Position numbers and translations under genes: made by a program. Under the pieces are notes generated by a model that was given only the letters and a program-made list of their open reading frames with translations, ran no database searches and was not told the DNA's origin. This document shows, in pieces, positions 1-8,066 of a stretch of DNA of 64,000 nucleotides; positions within the stretch are counted from its first letter, which is position 1, and every line of letters starts with the position of its first letter. Source of the stretch: Myxococcota bacterium (GTDB taxonomy: Bacteria; Myxococcota_A; UBA796; SXON01); NCBI GenBank assembly GCA_040386535.1, contig JAZKFH010000022.1:19316-83315 (forward strand), written 5' to 3'.

Positions 1-1
1 T

Positions 2-853
2 GATGAAGTCCTGCTCGACATTACCGGCGCTACGAAGCCGATGGCCCTGGGCGCCTGGTCGGGCCTCCGCGCTGCGATCGGCGACAGGTTGCGACTCGTG
101 TATCTCCAGCCTGACGGCCGGCTGGAGGACGGCGACTCGGGGAATGTCATCGACGCCCGTGTGGTGATCAAGGGAAAGGAATTCGTGTCATGGAAGAGGC
201 ACGGCGCGGTGCTGAAGGACTCCGCGTGGACCGGTCCGCTGTCCAGCGCGGCGGCCTCGTTCGGGGAGCGGGGAACGCTGGCGCGCGTGCTGGCAGACAA
301 GTTCGGGAGGGACCCCGGGTTCGCGACGGCCTCACACGAGGCGCGTTTGGACGGGCGATGCCCCGATCTCGGGCAGTCAGCCCCGCGGGGCTTCACCCGT
401 GAAAAGGGCTACCTCTGCGAAGCCAAGGAAGACAGGTTCTTCAAACTCAACGGTTGGCTCGAAGAGCTCTGTCTCTGGCAGGCCTACACGGCGCTCGACG
501 TGGGAGAGCGGCTCGATGTGTGGGCGGATCTCTCGCTCGACGGAGGCACGGTGAATGGGAAGACGCTCGGCGAAATCGATGTCGCGCTGACGCGAGGCGC
601 GCGACTCGTCGCGATCGAGGCCAAGACGCACGCGAGCGAGCGGATGTCGGGCACCGCCCAAGAGGCGGTGAGCCGGATGCGGGAGACACTCGGGGGCTTC
701 GCGCACCTTTTCATCGTCAATCCACGCTGGACGCCGGCCAGCATCCAAGCGCTCCAAATCCAATTCGGGCGCGGCGTAACACTGATCGGCCAAGGCATGC
801 TTGGCGCCCCGTTCCACGCCGCGATCCGCGCGGCACTGGGTTTCAACAAGTGA
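2..853 (+). CDS. CARF-domain PD-(D/E)xK nuclease (Card1/Can2, DUF1887-like); 5' end lies outside the window
   Basis: The frame is open from base 2 and reads DEVLLDITGATKPMAL, matching the CARF (N/D)xTGGxK motif. The C-terminus has GWLEE and EIDV...LVAIEAKT, a restriction-fold nuclease motif. Confidence 0.8.
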   Translation, partial: DEVLLDITGATKPMALGAWSGLRAAIGDRLRLVYLQPDGRLEDGDSGNVIDARVVIKGKEFVSWKRHGAVLKDSAWTGPLSSAAASFGERGTLARVLADKFGRDPGFATASHEARLDGRCPDLGQSAPRGFTREKGYLCEAKEDRFFKLNGWLEELCLWQAYTALDVGERLDVWADLSLDGGTVNGKTLGEIDVALTRGARLVAIEAKTHASERMSGTAQEAVSRMRETLGGFAHLFIVNPRWTPASIQALQIQFGRGVTLIGQGMLGAPFHAAIRAALGFNK

Positions 854-1179
854 CCTTCCTCTGCAACGCCTTCAGCCTGAACATGCTCGGCCCTGCCACC
901 GCCGCCGACCTCCAAGTACGACGTATCGAGCTCGGAGATGCAAGAGCCCTCGCGGTCGACGCCCGCTCCGCCGTCGGCCACGCCGAAACCGCCACGGTCC
1001 TCGCCGATCTGCTCGGTCGCCCGGTAGAAACCGCGCGTGTCACGCTCGAATTGGCACCCGGCGACTCCGTGCTGGTGGGCCAGTACATCGGCCCCCGCCT
1101 GATCGAAGGCGCCGTGTCACTCCCCATCGGCGCGAGGGTCGATTGGTTCCACGTCTCCTGGCCCGCCCCCCCTCAATAG
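850..1179 (+). CDS. crn2: DUF1874 (STIV B116/AcrIII-1/Crn2 family) cyclic-oligoadenylate ring nuclease, 109 aa
   Basis: A GTG start overlaps the upstream stop (GTGA). The protein reads FLCNAFSLNML...SAVGHAETA...GPRLIEG, containing the family's NAFSxNM, GH and RLxEG motifs. Confidence 0.85.
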   Translation: MTFLCNAFSLNMLGPATAADLQVRRIELGDARALAVDARSAVGHAETATVLADLLGRPVETARVTLELAPGDSVLVGQYIGPRLIEGAVSLPIGARVDWFHVSWPAPPQ

Positions 1180-2810
1180 GGAAACAAATCCAGCTTCCTA
1201 TCGGCGGAAATCCTGGCACATCGATCCAACACCCGCCTGTCCTGCGCGGACATCTCCACCAACCCAGACTCGTCTCCCCTATCCGCCAACGCCAACTGAT
1301 ACGAAAATAGCCCATCCCCGTCGACCAACGAAAGCGCCTTCAACGCCTCCAGCGGGCCCCCCGTCACCCTCGCCAGCAACCGCAGCCGCGAAGCCTTGAC
1401 ATGCACGTACGTCTCGTCCCAAAGCGCGGCCCCCGCAGCTAACGCCTCCAACGCCAGCGCCGAATCCCCACGCACTGCGTACGCCCGCCCAATCGCAAGC
1501 TGCAAAAACGTGCGTGCGTGCTCGCTCGTTCGCGGGTGGTCAGCGCAGCGGGCCGCCTGTCGCACCGCGTGGCCCAACCGCGTGGCATCACCCGAAAGCC
1601 CCCCAATCCGCACCAGCTCGCAGATCGGGTAGGAGGCCTCGGCGGGCTCCTCCAGGTCGAACCACGCATCGATCGCGCGGGTGAGCAGCGGCGCCGCGGC
1701 ATCCCACTCACCCCAGGCCGCATACAAACGCCCCACCGCGCCGAGCACCTTGAGATCCCCGGGATGCTCCTCGCCTGGGAGAGCCACGTCCGCGAGCGCC
1801 TCTTCGGCCACTTGGCGCCAACCGGGCTCGACAGCATCGTTGTGCGCTTGCACACGGTGGGCCGACAGTTGCAAGCGATGGGGCCGGCGCGGGCGGAATC
1901 CAACGGGTAACTCGGGCAACAAGAGAGGCTCCCCGTCGTGCCGGCTGGCGATCGCGTTCGCGACCTTGGTCCGCCACAGGTCCTCCCCTTGTTGCACGCA
2001 CGTCTCAAGCTCCGCCGTCGCGCGCTTCACCGCCCCCCACCGCAGCGGCGAGAACGGCTCCCGGAGAACCAGGCGATAGAAGCCGCTCGCGGCCTCGGCG
2101 GCGCCTCGCGGATCGGCCTTCCACGCGGCCACGAGCCCCGCGTCGAACCCTGGTTCAACGAACGCGACCGCCCACGCCTCGGCAAGATCGGCCACCGGCA
2201 CGATCGTCACGCCCGGATGGGCCGGGACCACCTGGCGCTCCGCGACGAGCACCCGCTGTACTCCAGGCGCCCAGCGTCGCAATGCATCGAGCTTCTCCGG
2301 GAGCAGTCCCACGGGATGCAGACGCCCGTCCGGCGTGATCTCCGCGGTCGCCGCGAGGTCTTCGGCGATGGGAACGCCCGCGGCACGAGACAGATGGAGG
2401 AGCGCGAACGCGAGGCCGACCGAGGGGCCGTCCACGTCCCGGACATCGCTCAAGGGGCGCAGCGCGGTCAGCCGCGGGGGCGGCAGGGGGGCGAGCGCGC
2501 TCGGATCAGCGACCACGGGCAGGGCGCGCGCGGCCACGCGTCCCGCGAGGCTCCAGGCGCTCCGGGCATGCTCGGAGAGCTCGACCGAGCGCTCGTCTCC
2601 AGGCCGCGCGAGGCGCCAGAGCGAGCCTTCGGTGCCGGTCGCCGCGAGAATCAGCGGATCGCCCACCCGCGCCAAGGGGATCGCCACGCGCAGGCGCGCG
2701 AGCTCTGCCTGTACGCCCACGCCCAGGGCCCCGACATGCGAACACACGAGCTCGAGGTGCGCCCGCCGCATCACGTCGAGTCGCGACTGGAGGAGGGGCC
2801 AGAGGCTCAC
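1173..2810 (-). CDS. Lon-type (S16) protease domain without AAA+ module, followed by a TPR-like helical region, ~545 aa
   Basis: DGPSVG...AATAEITPDGRLHPVGLLPEKL gives a Ser-Lys dyad 43 residues apart, as in Lon. There is no Walker A. The C-terminus has TPR-like helices (LGAVGRLYAAWGEWDAAAPLLTRAI; LAIGRAYAVRGDSALALEAL). GTGA overlap with the upstream gene. Confidence 0.8.
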   Translation of the reverse strand: MSLWPLLQSRLDVMRRAHLELVCSHVGALGVGVQAELARLRVAIPLARVGDPLILAATGTEGSLWRLARPGDERSVELSEHARSAWSLAGRVAARALPVVADPSALAPLPPPRLTALRPLSDVRDVDGPSVGLAFALLHLSRAAGVPIAEDLAATAEITPDGRLHPVGLLPEKLDALRRWAPGVQRVLVAERQVVPAHPGVTIVPVADLAEAWAVAFVEPGFDAGLVAAWKADPRGAAEAASGFYRLVLREPFSPLRWGAVKRATAELETCVQQGEDLWRTKVANAIASRHDGEPLLLPELPVGFRPRRPHRLQLSAHRVQAHNDAVEPGWRQVAEEALADVALPGEEHPGDLKVLGAVGRLYAAWGEWDAAAPLLTRAIDAWFDLEEPAEASYPICELVRIGGLSGDATRLGHAVRQAARCADHPRTSEHARTFLQLAIGRAYAVRGDSALALEALAAGAALWDETYVHVKASRLRLLARVTGGPLEALKALSLVDGDGLFSYQLALADRGDESGLVEMSAQDRRVLDRCARISADRKLDLFPY

Positions 2811-3778
2811 GCGCCGACCCACCAGGCATCGGGCTCCTGCCAGGCAACGGCGTTCCAGCGATCCGCCTCCGGATCGTCGGCCAGCGACGGGAGCAGATCG
2901 GCGAGCGCGCTCAAGTGCTCGTTCGCGACCGCATCGGCGGTAGCGAGCGCGTCCGCGAGGCGGTCACCGGCGCCGACCAGCCTCAACACGCGCCGCACCG
3001 ACTGGAGATCGTCGCGATCGAGGACGATCGCGGTCATCTCGTCCGTGGCGTTGCCCGCGGACAGGCTGCCGACCTCCGCGATCCGCTCGGACAGCCTCCA
3101 TGCACGGCGCACGGCGACGGACTCCGCCTCATCGAGCACCGCGGGCTCGACCGCCCGCGCCCAGGCGCGCGCGAGGTCCCGCGGGTGGGCGGGCGGAGCA
3201 GCGCCCTCGGGGGGGGTCCAGAGGCGAGCCAGGAGGCCCACTGCCGCCATCCGGTCGACCGACGAGGGTGCGTCCGCGTGTTGAGCCGCAGCCGCCGCGA
3301 GCCAGGGCTCAGCGCCGATCCGGGAGGCCCAGCCCCGAAGGTCGGGTGCGTCGACCAGGGGCGGGGGCAGGGGCAGGTCCGGCAGGTCCGCCAGCGCGTC
3401 CACGACACCGTACGTATCGATGCTGTCACTCCGCGCGTCGACGATCCAGGTCTGGCCGAGGTCATCAGATACGCGTAAGACGACCCGCCGCTCGCGGGTG
3501 TCGAACCCCACGAGCTGCTCGCCATGCACCGGAGCTCCAGCGAGGACCTCGAGCGAGTACTCCGATGGCACCGCGATGAACCCCTTTGCGCGGTACACGG
3601 GCGCATCCCCCGCGCCGACGGGGCCCCAGGCCGTGAGGAGGGCGAGCAGGGCGACGAGGTCGGGCAGCCCGGCGCCCTGTGCCGTGGCTTCGGGGGGAGG
3701 GTGAACGGACTCCACGGCGCGGAGCGAATCCGCGTCAGGGAGCCCGAGCAGCATGAGCAGCTCGCGATCAACGGGCAT
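2807..3778 (-). CDS. Hypothetical protein, candidate anti-sigma factor or protease substrate, 323 aa
   Basis: Lies between the sigma-like and protease genes and overlaps both. It has a beta-rich N-half, a Pro-rich linker (LPDLPLPPPL) and a helical C-half ending RDDLQS...EPDAWW. The function is inferred from context only. Confidence 0.45.
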   Translation of the reverse strand: MPVDRELLMLLGLPDADSLRAVESVHPPPEATAQGAGLPDLVALLALLTAWGPVGAGDAPVYRAKGFIAVPSEYSLEVLAGAPVHGEQLVGFDTRERRVVLRVSDDLGQTWIVDARSDSIDTYGVVDALADLPDLPLPPPLVDAPDLRGWASRIGAEPWLAAAAAQHADAPSSVDRMAAVGLLARLWTPPEGAAPPAHPRDLARAWARAVEPAVLDEAESVAVRRAWRLSERIAEVGSLSAGNATDEMTAIVLDRDDLQSVRRVLRLVGAGDRLADALATADAVANEHLSALADLLPSLADDPEADRWNAVAWQEPDAWWVGA

Positions 3779-4496
3779 CGTTTTTTCCTTCTGCTGCGGA
3801 GACGCGCGGGGTGGCGCGATCCTGACGCCTCTTGAGCCGGCCGAGCGCCCTACGCACGGCCTCCCCGGTCTCGGGGTCGATCTCTTTCTTCTCGATGAGC
3901 CATTCGAGCGCCGCCGCCAACGTGCCGCGCGCGCGCTGGTGGGACTTGTGGGCGCGCTGCACGGCCTTGCCGACGGCGAGGAGGTCGGTGGGGTTCAGGC
4001 CATCGTCCTCGCAGACGATCTCGCGCAGGGTGCGCGGCTCGGTGTTCAGGGCGCGCATCTGGGCCAGCGCTCGCTGGAGCGGCTCGCGGTGTTCGAGCCG
4101 CATGGTGACGGCGCGCTCGAACACCCGTTCGATCGCCGCGACGAGCTCGGTCCCGAACGGCTCGGGGGAGAGCCGATCGGCCTCCGCCTGCTCCTTTGCC
4201 TTCAACGCCTCCCGCTCCGTCAGGCGCGCGTCGCGCTCCGCCTTTCGCACGGCGTCCCGCACCTTCCAGCGGAGGGCGGTGGCGAAGTAGGCGACTGGAG
4301 CGTCGACCTCGGGAAAGTCGCCGGACAGGAGCTGGTCCTCCAGCTTCCCGCGGACCGCCGCGAGGGCTGGCTCGCGGTAGCGGCCCTCTTTTGTCTCCCG
4401 CGCCGCGAGCCTCTGAAGAAGACGGTCGATCTCCGCCCACGCCTGCGCGTCGTCAGGGGCGACGCGCAGCCGATCCAGGGCTTCCTTGGGGGTCAT
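3768..4496 (-). CDS. ECF-like sigma-70 family factor, 242 aa
   Basis: ATG with a GGGGAGGT RBS and ATGA overlap. It has DAQAWAEI, a region-2-like AYFATALRWKVRDAVRK, and a region-4-like TLREIV...AVQRAHKSHQRARGTL. Confidence 0.6.
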   Translation of the reverse strand: MTPKEALDRLRVAPDDAQAWAEIDRLLQRLAARETKEGRYREPALAAVRGKLEDQLLSGDFPEVDAPVAYFATALRWKVRDAVRKAERDARLTEREALKAKEQAEADRLSPEPFGTELVAAIERVFERAVTMRLEHREPLQRALAQMRALNTEPRTLREIVCEDDGLNPTDLLAVGKAVQRAHKSHQRARGTLAAALEWLIEKKEIDPETGEAVRRALGRLKRRQDRATPRVSAAEGKNDAR

Positions 4497-5611
4497 GGCC
4501 ACCTCCCCGCCGTGTCGGACCATTCGCGCGCCTGGTCCCAGCCCCAGGCCGGGCCCCCCGGCGCGGCGTGGCGAGGCGTGCCGCCGGAGAGCGCCGTGCG
4601 CACGGAGTCTTCGGGGCCGCCGGCCACGGCGAAGGTGGGCAGCGCCCCGAGGGCCGGCGCGCGCGAGGGGTCCCGGCGCATCAAGGCGCGGCCGAGCAGC
4701 AGATCCTTCGCCAGCGTGGCCTCCAAGGCCGGATATCTCCCTCCGTACCACCCGGCCGCCGCCCGGAGCTTGTTTGCCAGCCAGTCCGCGAGGACATGCA
4801 GCGGATGAAGGGGATCGCCCTGGTCCGCGTGGTCCCGATACCGCTGCCTGCCGCCACCCGCCCGCAGTCGGACAGGGCTCCGAGTGACCGCCGCCGCCTG
4901 CTCAAGCAGCGGGCGCAGCAGAAACCCCTGCATGTCTACCTCCTTCCCCAGCCCGCCGGCCTCGACGTGGCGCGTGAGGGGGAAACACTCGGCGTCATGC
5001 GCGCCCGCGAGCCGACTCACGCGCTCGATCACCACGCTGAGCGCGCGCACGTAGGCGTCCTCCCGCACCTGGAGCGGCGCGGGGGCGGGTCCGGGGGGGC
5101 CGTCGTCCGCGAGCGCCGCCACCACCATCCCGCCCGATCGGCTGCACACCAGCTGGACCAGCCGGCCCATGTCCGTGTCCTGGTGCTCCGCGACGGCCCG
5201 AACCGTGCGATAGGCCAACTCACGATGAAGGATGGCGTCCGCGGCCTCGCAGTCGTTGCGGGTGGGAAATTCGCCGCCGCGGATCGCCTCGAGCCGCGCG
5301 CGCATCGTGGAGCGCTCCAGCGTGGCCGTCAGCTCTCGAATCGCCGGCTCGAGCTGGGCGGCGTAGCGCCCGGGGGGCATGTCCCGCGTGTGGGTCCGCG
5401 CCGCATAGAGCACGCGCGAAGCGGGGATGTTGCGATGCGACGCGTGCGGCGGCCACGGGCCCGGGCCGCAGATGTCCGTGAGGACCGCCCGCAGGCGCCC
5501 GCAGGCGTAGGCGTCCGCGCGGCCCACCACCAGGATGCCGGCGACGACCGACGGGTCCCCGCCTTCAAACTTTCCCGACTCATCGATGAACAGCGACCAG
5601 CACGTCGGCAT
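4493..5611 (-). CDS. DUF3800-like RNase H-fold protein, 372 aa
   Basis: N-terminal LFIDESG...VVAGILV and C-terminal LHVLADWLAN match the DESG and (Q)xADxxA pattern of DUF3800. Confidence 0.6.
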   Translation of the reverse strand: MPTCWSLFIDESGKFEGGDPSVVAGILVVGRADAYACGRLRAVLTDICGPGPWPPHASHRNIPASRVLYAARTHTRDMPPGRYAAQLEPAIRELTATLERSTMRARLEAIRGGEFPTRNDCEAADAILHRELAYRTVRAVAEHQDTDMGRLVQLVCSRSGGMVVAALADDGPPGPAPAPLQVREDAYVRALSVVIERVSRLAGAHDAECFPLTRHVEAGGLGKEVDMQGFLLRPLLEQAAAVTRSPVRLRAGGGRQRYRDHADQGDPLHPLHVLADWLANKLRAAAGWYGGRYPALEATLAKDLLLGRALMRRDPSRAPALGALPTFAVAGGPEDSVRTALSGGTPRHAAPGGPAWGWDQAREWSDTAGRWP

Positions 5612-5713
5612 CCGTCCCCCTGTTTGGCGTCGGGAGTGTAGGGGGAATCGGCGGCGGCGGCAAGGATCGGCCCTCCCCCCTGTCCGCTCCTCCCCACTCC
5701 CAACGTCCCCCCT

Positions 5714-5747
5714 GATGCACAATGCATCGCAACGGAGAGACTATAGT
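5714..5747. promoter_or_regulatory. Candidate divergent promoter/operator elements
   Basis: An inverted repeat GATGCA-caa-TGCATC (5714-5728) and a palindrome ACTATAGT (5740-5747), which gives TATAGT on both strands. Both lie in the gap between divergent operons. Confidence 0.3.
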
Positions 5748-6179
5748 AGTGAAGAGCACCGGGCGCCCGCAAGGCGTCGGGACCGGGCACCCTGCGGCGG
5801 CGAGCGCAAAGAGCAGCGCCGCCAGCCCACCGCGCGGAGCGGATCCTTCCAGCCGACCACGGGCTCGCCGCGCTCGGAACGCTGCGCAGCGACGTGTCGG
5901 GCGTCGACGGCACCACCGTGCGCACGCCGCTTCAACACCGCAACGCCATCGCGCACGGCAAGACCTGGGAGCTCCGGCGGATCGACGCCGACGCGGTGCG
6001 CCAGGTGCTCACTGTTGGTCGGGGGACGGTGTTGTCGATCGTGACGGCGGTTGCGTCAAAAGCTCATTCGGGTGGAGCCTCACGCGGGCTGAGGGAATGC
6101 ACTGCCGCGATTTTCTCACCTCTCTGGTGTCCGGTATTCGACCCGCATGGCGTAGAAAGGGGTACATCCCCCGGAACCT

Positions 6180-8066
6180 ATGTCCCTCCCCGAAGTCCTC
6201 CTCACCCTCGCCGGCCAGCGCGACCGCCTTCGCCGAACGGCCGACGCTCTCGTCAAGGTCAGCCAGAACTCGATCCTCAAGGCGGACTACCCCGATCTCC
6301 GCCTCGATGCCTCGACCGCTCTCCGCAGGATCGCGGGGGAGCTTGACGGCCAGCTTCGCACCGCCGACCGCCCGTTCACGATCGCGCTGGTCGGCGAATT
6401 CTCGGTCGGTAAGTCGACGGTGGTCAACGCCCTGTTGAACCTCGATGGCAGCGTGGCGCTCTCGGCAAAGGATGACCCGGACACCGCTTGCTCGGTGCTC
6501 CTTTGTGGTCGAGGCGAGGGAGATCCGGAGGCCCGCCTGCACTTCGAGGACGGAACCCGGGAGGACACCACATGGCAGCGTGCGTCCCGGCTCGCGAGCC
6601 AGGTGTGGCTCGCCGACCACCCCGAAGATGCGTCGGTCTCCGATGATCTCGTCGAGATCGAATACTTCGTTGCGAGCGAGGTTCTCGCCGGGATCGCGAT
6701 CAATGATCTGCCCGGCACGGGCTCGCGGTACTGGGAGCGTCACACGGCCCTGACCCACCGAAAGATGAAGGAGGCCGATGCCATCCTTTGGGTGGTCGGA
6801 GAGCCCGAGCCGTCCGCAGAGTCCGTGCACGACCTGCGGGTGCTCGGCGACTGTCGGCAGCGCGTGCACCCCCTCGTAAACGTCTGGGAGGATCCCGAGG
6901 TCGGGATCGCTCGCGACGAGGCCGCTGTCGCGCGCGCGGTGGCGAGGCTGAAGAAGAACTTCGGGACCCTCTTTGCGGGGGAGCCGATCTGCGTCGCCGC
7001 ACGCGTGATCCAGCTCGAGCGGGCCAAGGGCGCTCCCTCCCGGGACGTGCTGCGCCGCGCGGGTTGGGACGATCTGGTTCAGGTCGTTGACGCGCTGCGC
7101 GGCAACGGTACTGGGGGCGATCGCCTGCATCGGGTGTGCGGAGCAAGCATCGCGCTCGGGAATGAGGCCTGCGACACCCTCTTGGGGTCCGTGGACACGC
7201 TCGACGCCTGGATCACGCGAATCGGCGCCGCCTCGACGCAGGCCACCAGCCGCTTCGACGACATCGGCTCGGTGCATGACGACGTGCGTGGGCGTGTCCG
7301 TGGGCTGGCGCGGGAGCGGGCGATTCGTATCTCCCACCACGTCGGGGCCGCGGGCGCGGCATTCGTAGAGGACACGCTTCAGATCGACAACTGGAGCGAC
7401 ATCGGGACGACCCTCCGGTGGCGCGGGCGCGAGCTTCTCGAGGCACAGCTCAAGCAACGCTTCCTCGCCGAGTACCTGCAGTTGGACAAGCAACCCTCCT
7501 GGCTGGACGAGCTGGGGGCGGAGTACGCCGAGGAGGTGCGCATGGTGGTGGTGCCTGCGTGGCGGCAGCTGCTGGCACGCCTGCCGGCGTACACGGGATC
7601 GGGCGCGAACATCCCGACGCCCCGGATTGAAATTGGTCCGCTCGGGCAAGCGCTGGTCAAGGCGGTGTTCAACGTGCTGGCGCGGGTGTTGGGAATCATC
7701 GCGATCGGGGGGATGCTCGCCATGATTCCGGGTGGCGTGATCATCGACGTGGTGGCGATCCTCGGACTGCTGATCCTCTCGGCGATCAGCGACCCACTCG
7801 CCGGGGCCCGCCGACGGGCGGTGGAGCGGGTGCGGCTACAAGCCGACGCCCAGCAGCACGAGATCCAGAACCGGCTCTTCGAGGCCGGGCTGGAGGGAAA
7901 TGCCGTGATCGAGGCGGCGGTTCGCGCTGCCCTGCAAGCGGGGAGCGACCGGGCAACAGAGAGCCTGGGCCTGCTTCACGAGCTTCGCGGGGTGCTCTCC
8001 GAAGGGGAGGAGTCGATGCGCACGTCCATCCAGACATTCAACGATCTGCTCCGGGGTAGCCGATGA
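6180..8066 (+). CDS. Dynamin-like GTPase with hydrophobic membrane paddle, 628 aa
   Basis: G1 ALVGEFSVGKSTVVNALL, G3 NDLPG, atypical G4 VNVWED, a helical stalk, and the hydrophobic stretch VLGIIAIGGMLAMIPGGVIIDVVAILGLLILSAI. Confidence 0.85.
   Translation: MSLPEVLLTLAGQRDRLRRTADALVKVSQNSILKADYPDLRLDASTALRRIAGELDGQLRTADRPFTIALVGEFSVGKSTVVNALLNLDGSVALSAKDDPDTACSVLLCGRGEGDPEARLHFEDGTREDTTWQRASRLASQVWLADHPEDASVSDDLVEIEYFVASEVLAGIAINDLPGTGSRYWERHTALTHRKMKEADAILWVVGEPEPSAESVHDLRVLGDCRQRVHPLVNVWEDPEVGIARDEAAVARAVARLKKNFGTLFAGEPICVAARVIQLERAKGAPSRDVLRRAGWDDLVQVVDALRGNGTGGDRLHRVCGASIALGNEACDTLLGSVDTLDAWITRIGAASTQATSRFDDIGSVHDDVRGRVRGLARERAIRISHHVGAAGAAFVEDTLQIDNWSDIGTTLRWRGRELLEAQLKQRFLAEYLQLDKQPSWLDELGAEYAEEVRMVVVPAWRQLLARLPAYTGSGANIPTPRIEIGPLGQALVKAVFNVLARVLGIIAIGGMLAMIPGGVIIDVVAILGLLILSAISDPLAGARRRAVERVRLQADAQQHEIQNRLFEAGLEGNAVIEAAVRAALQAGSDRATESLGLLHELRGVLSEGEESMRTSIQTFNDLLRGSR

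Noticed and set aside
1173..2810. BrxL, RadA or housekeeping Lon
   Set aside because: There is no AAA+ or RecA domain and no BREX genes (pglX, pglZ, brxC) nearby.
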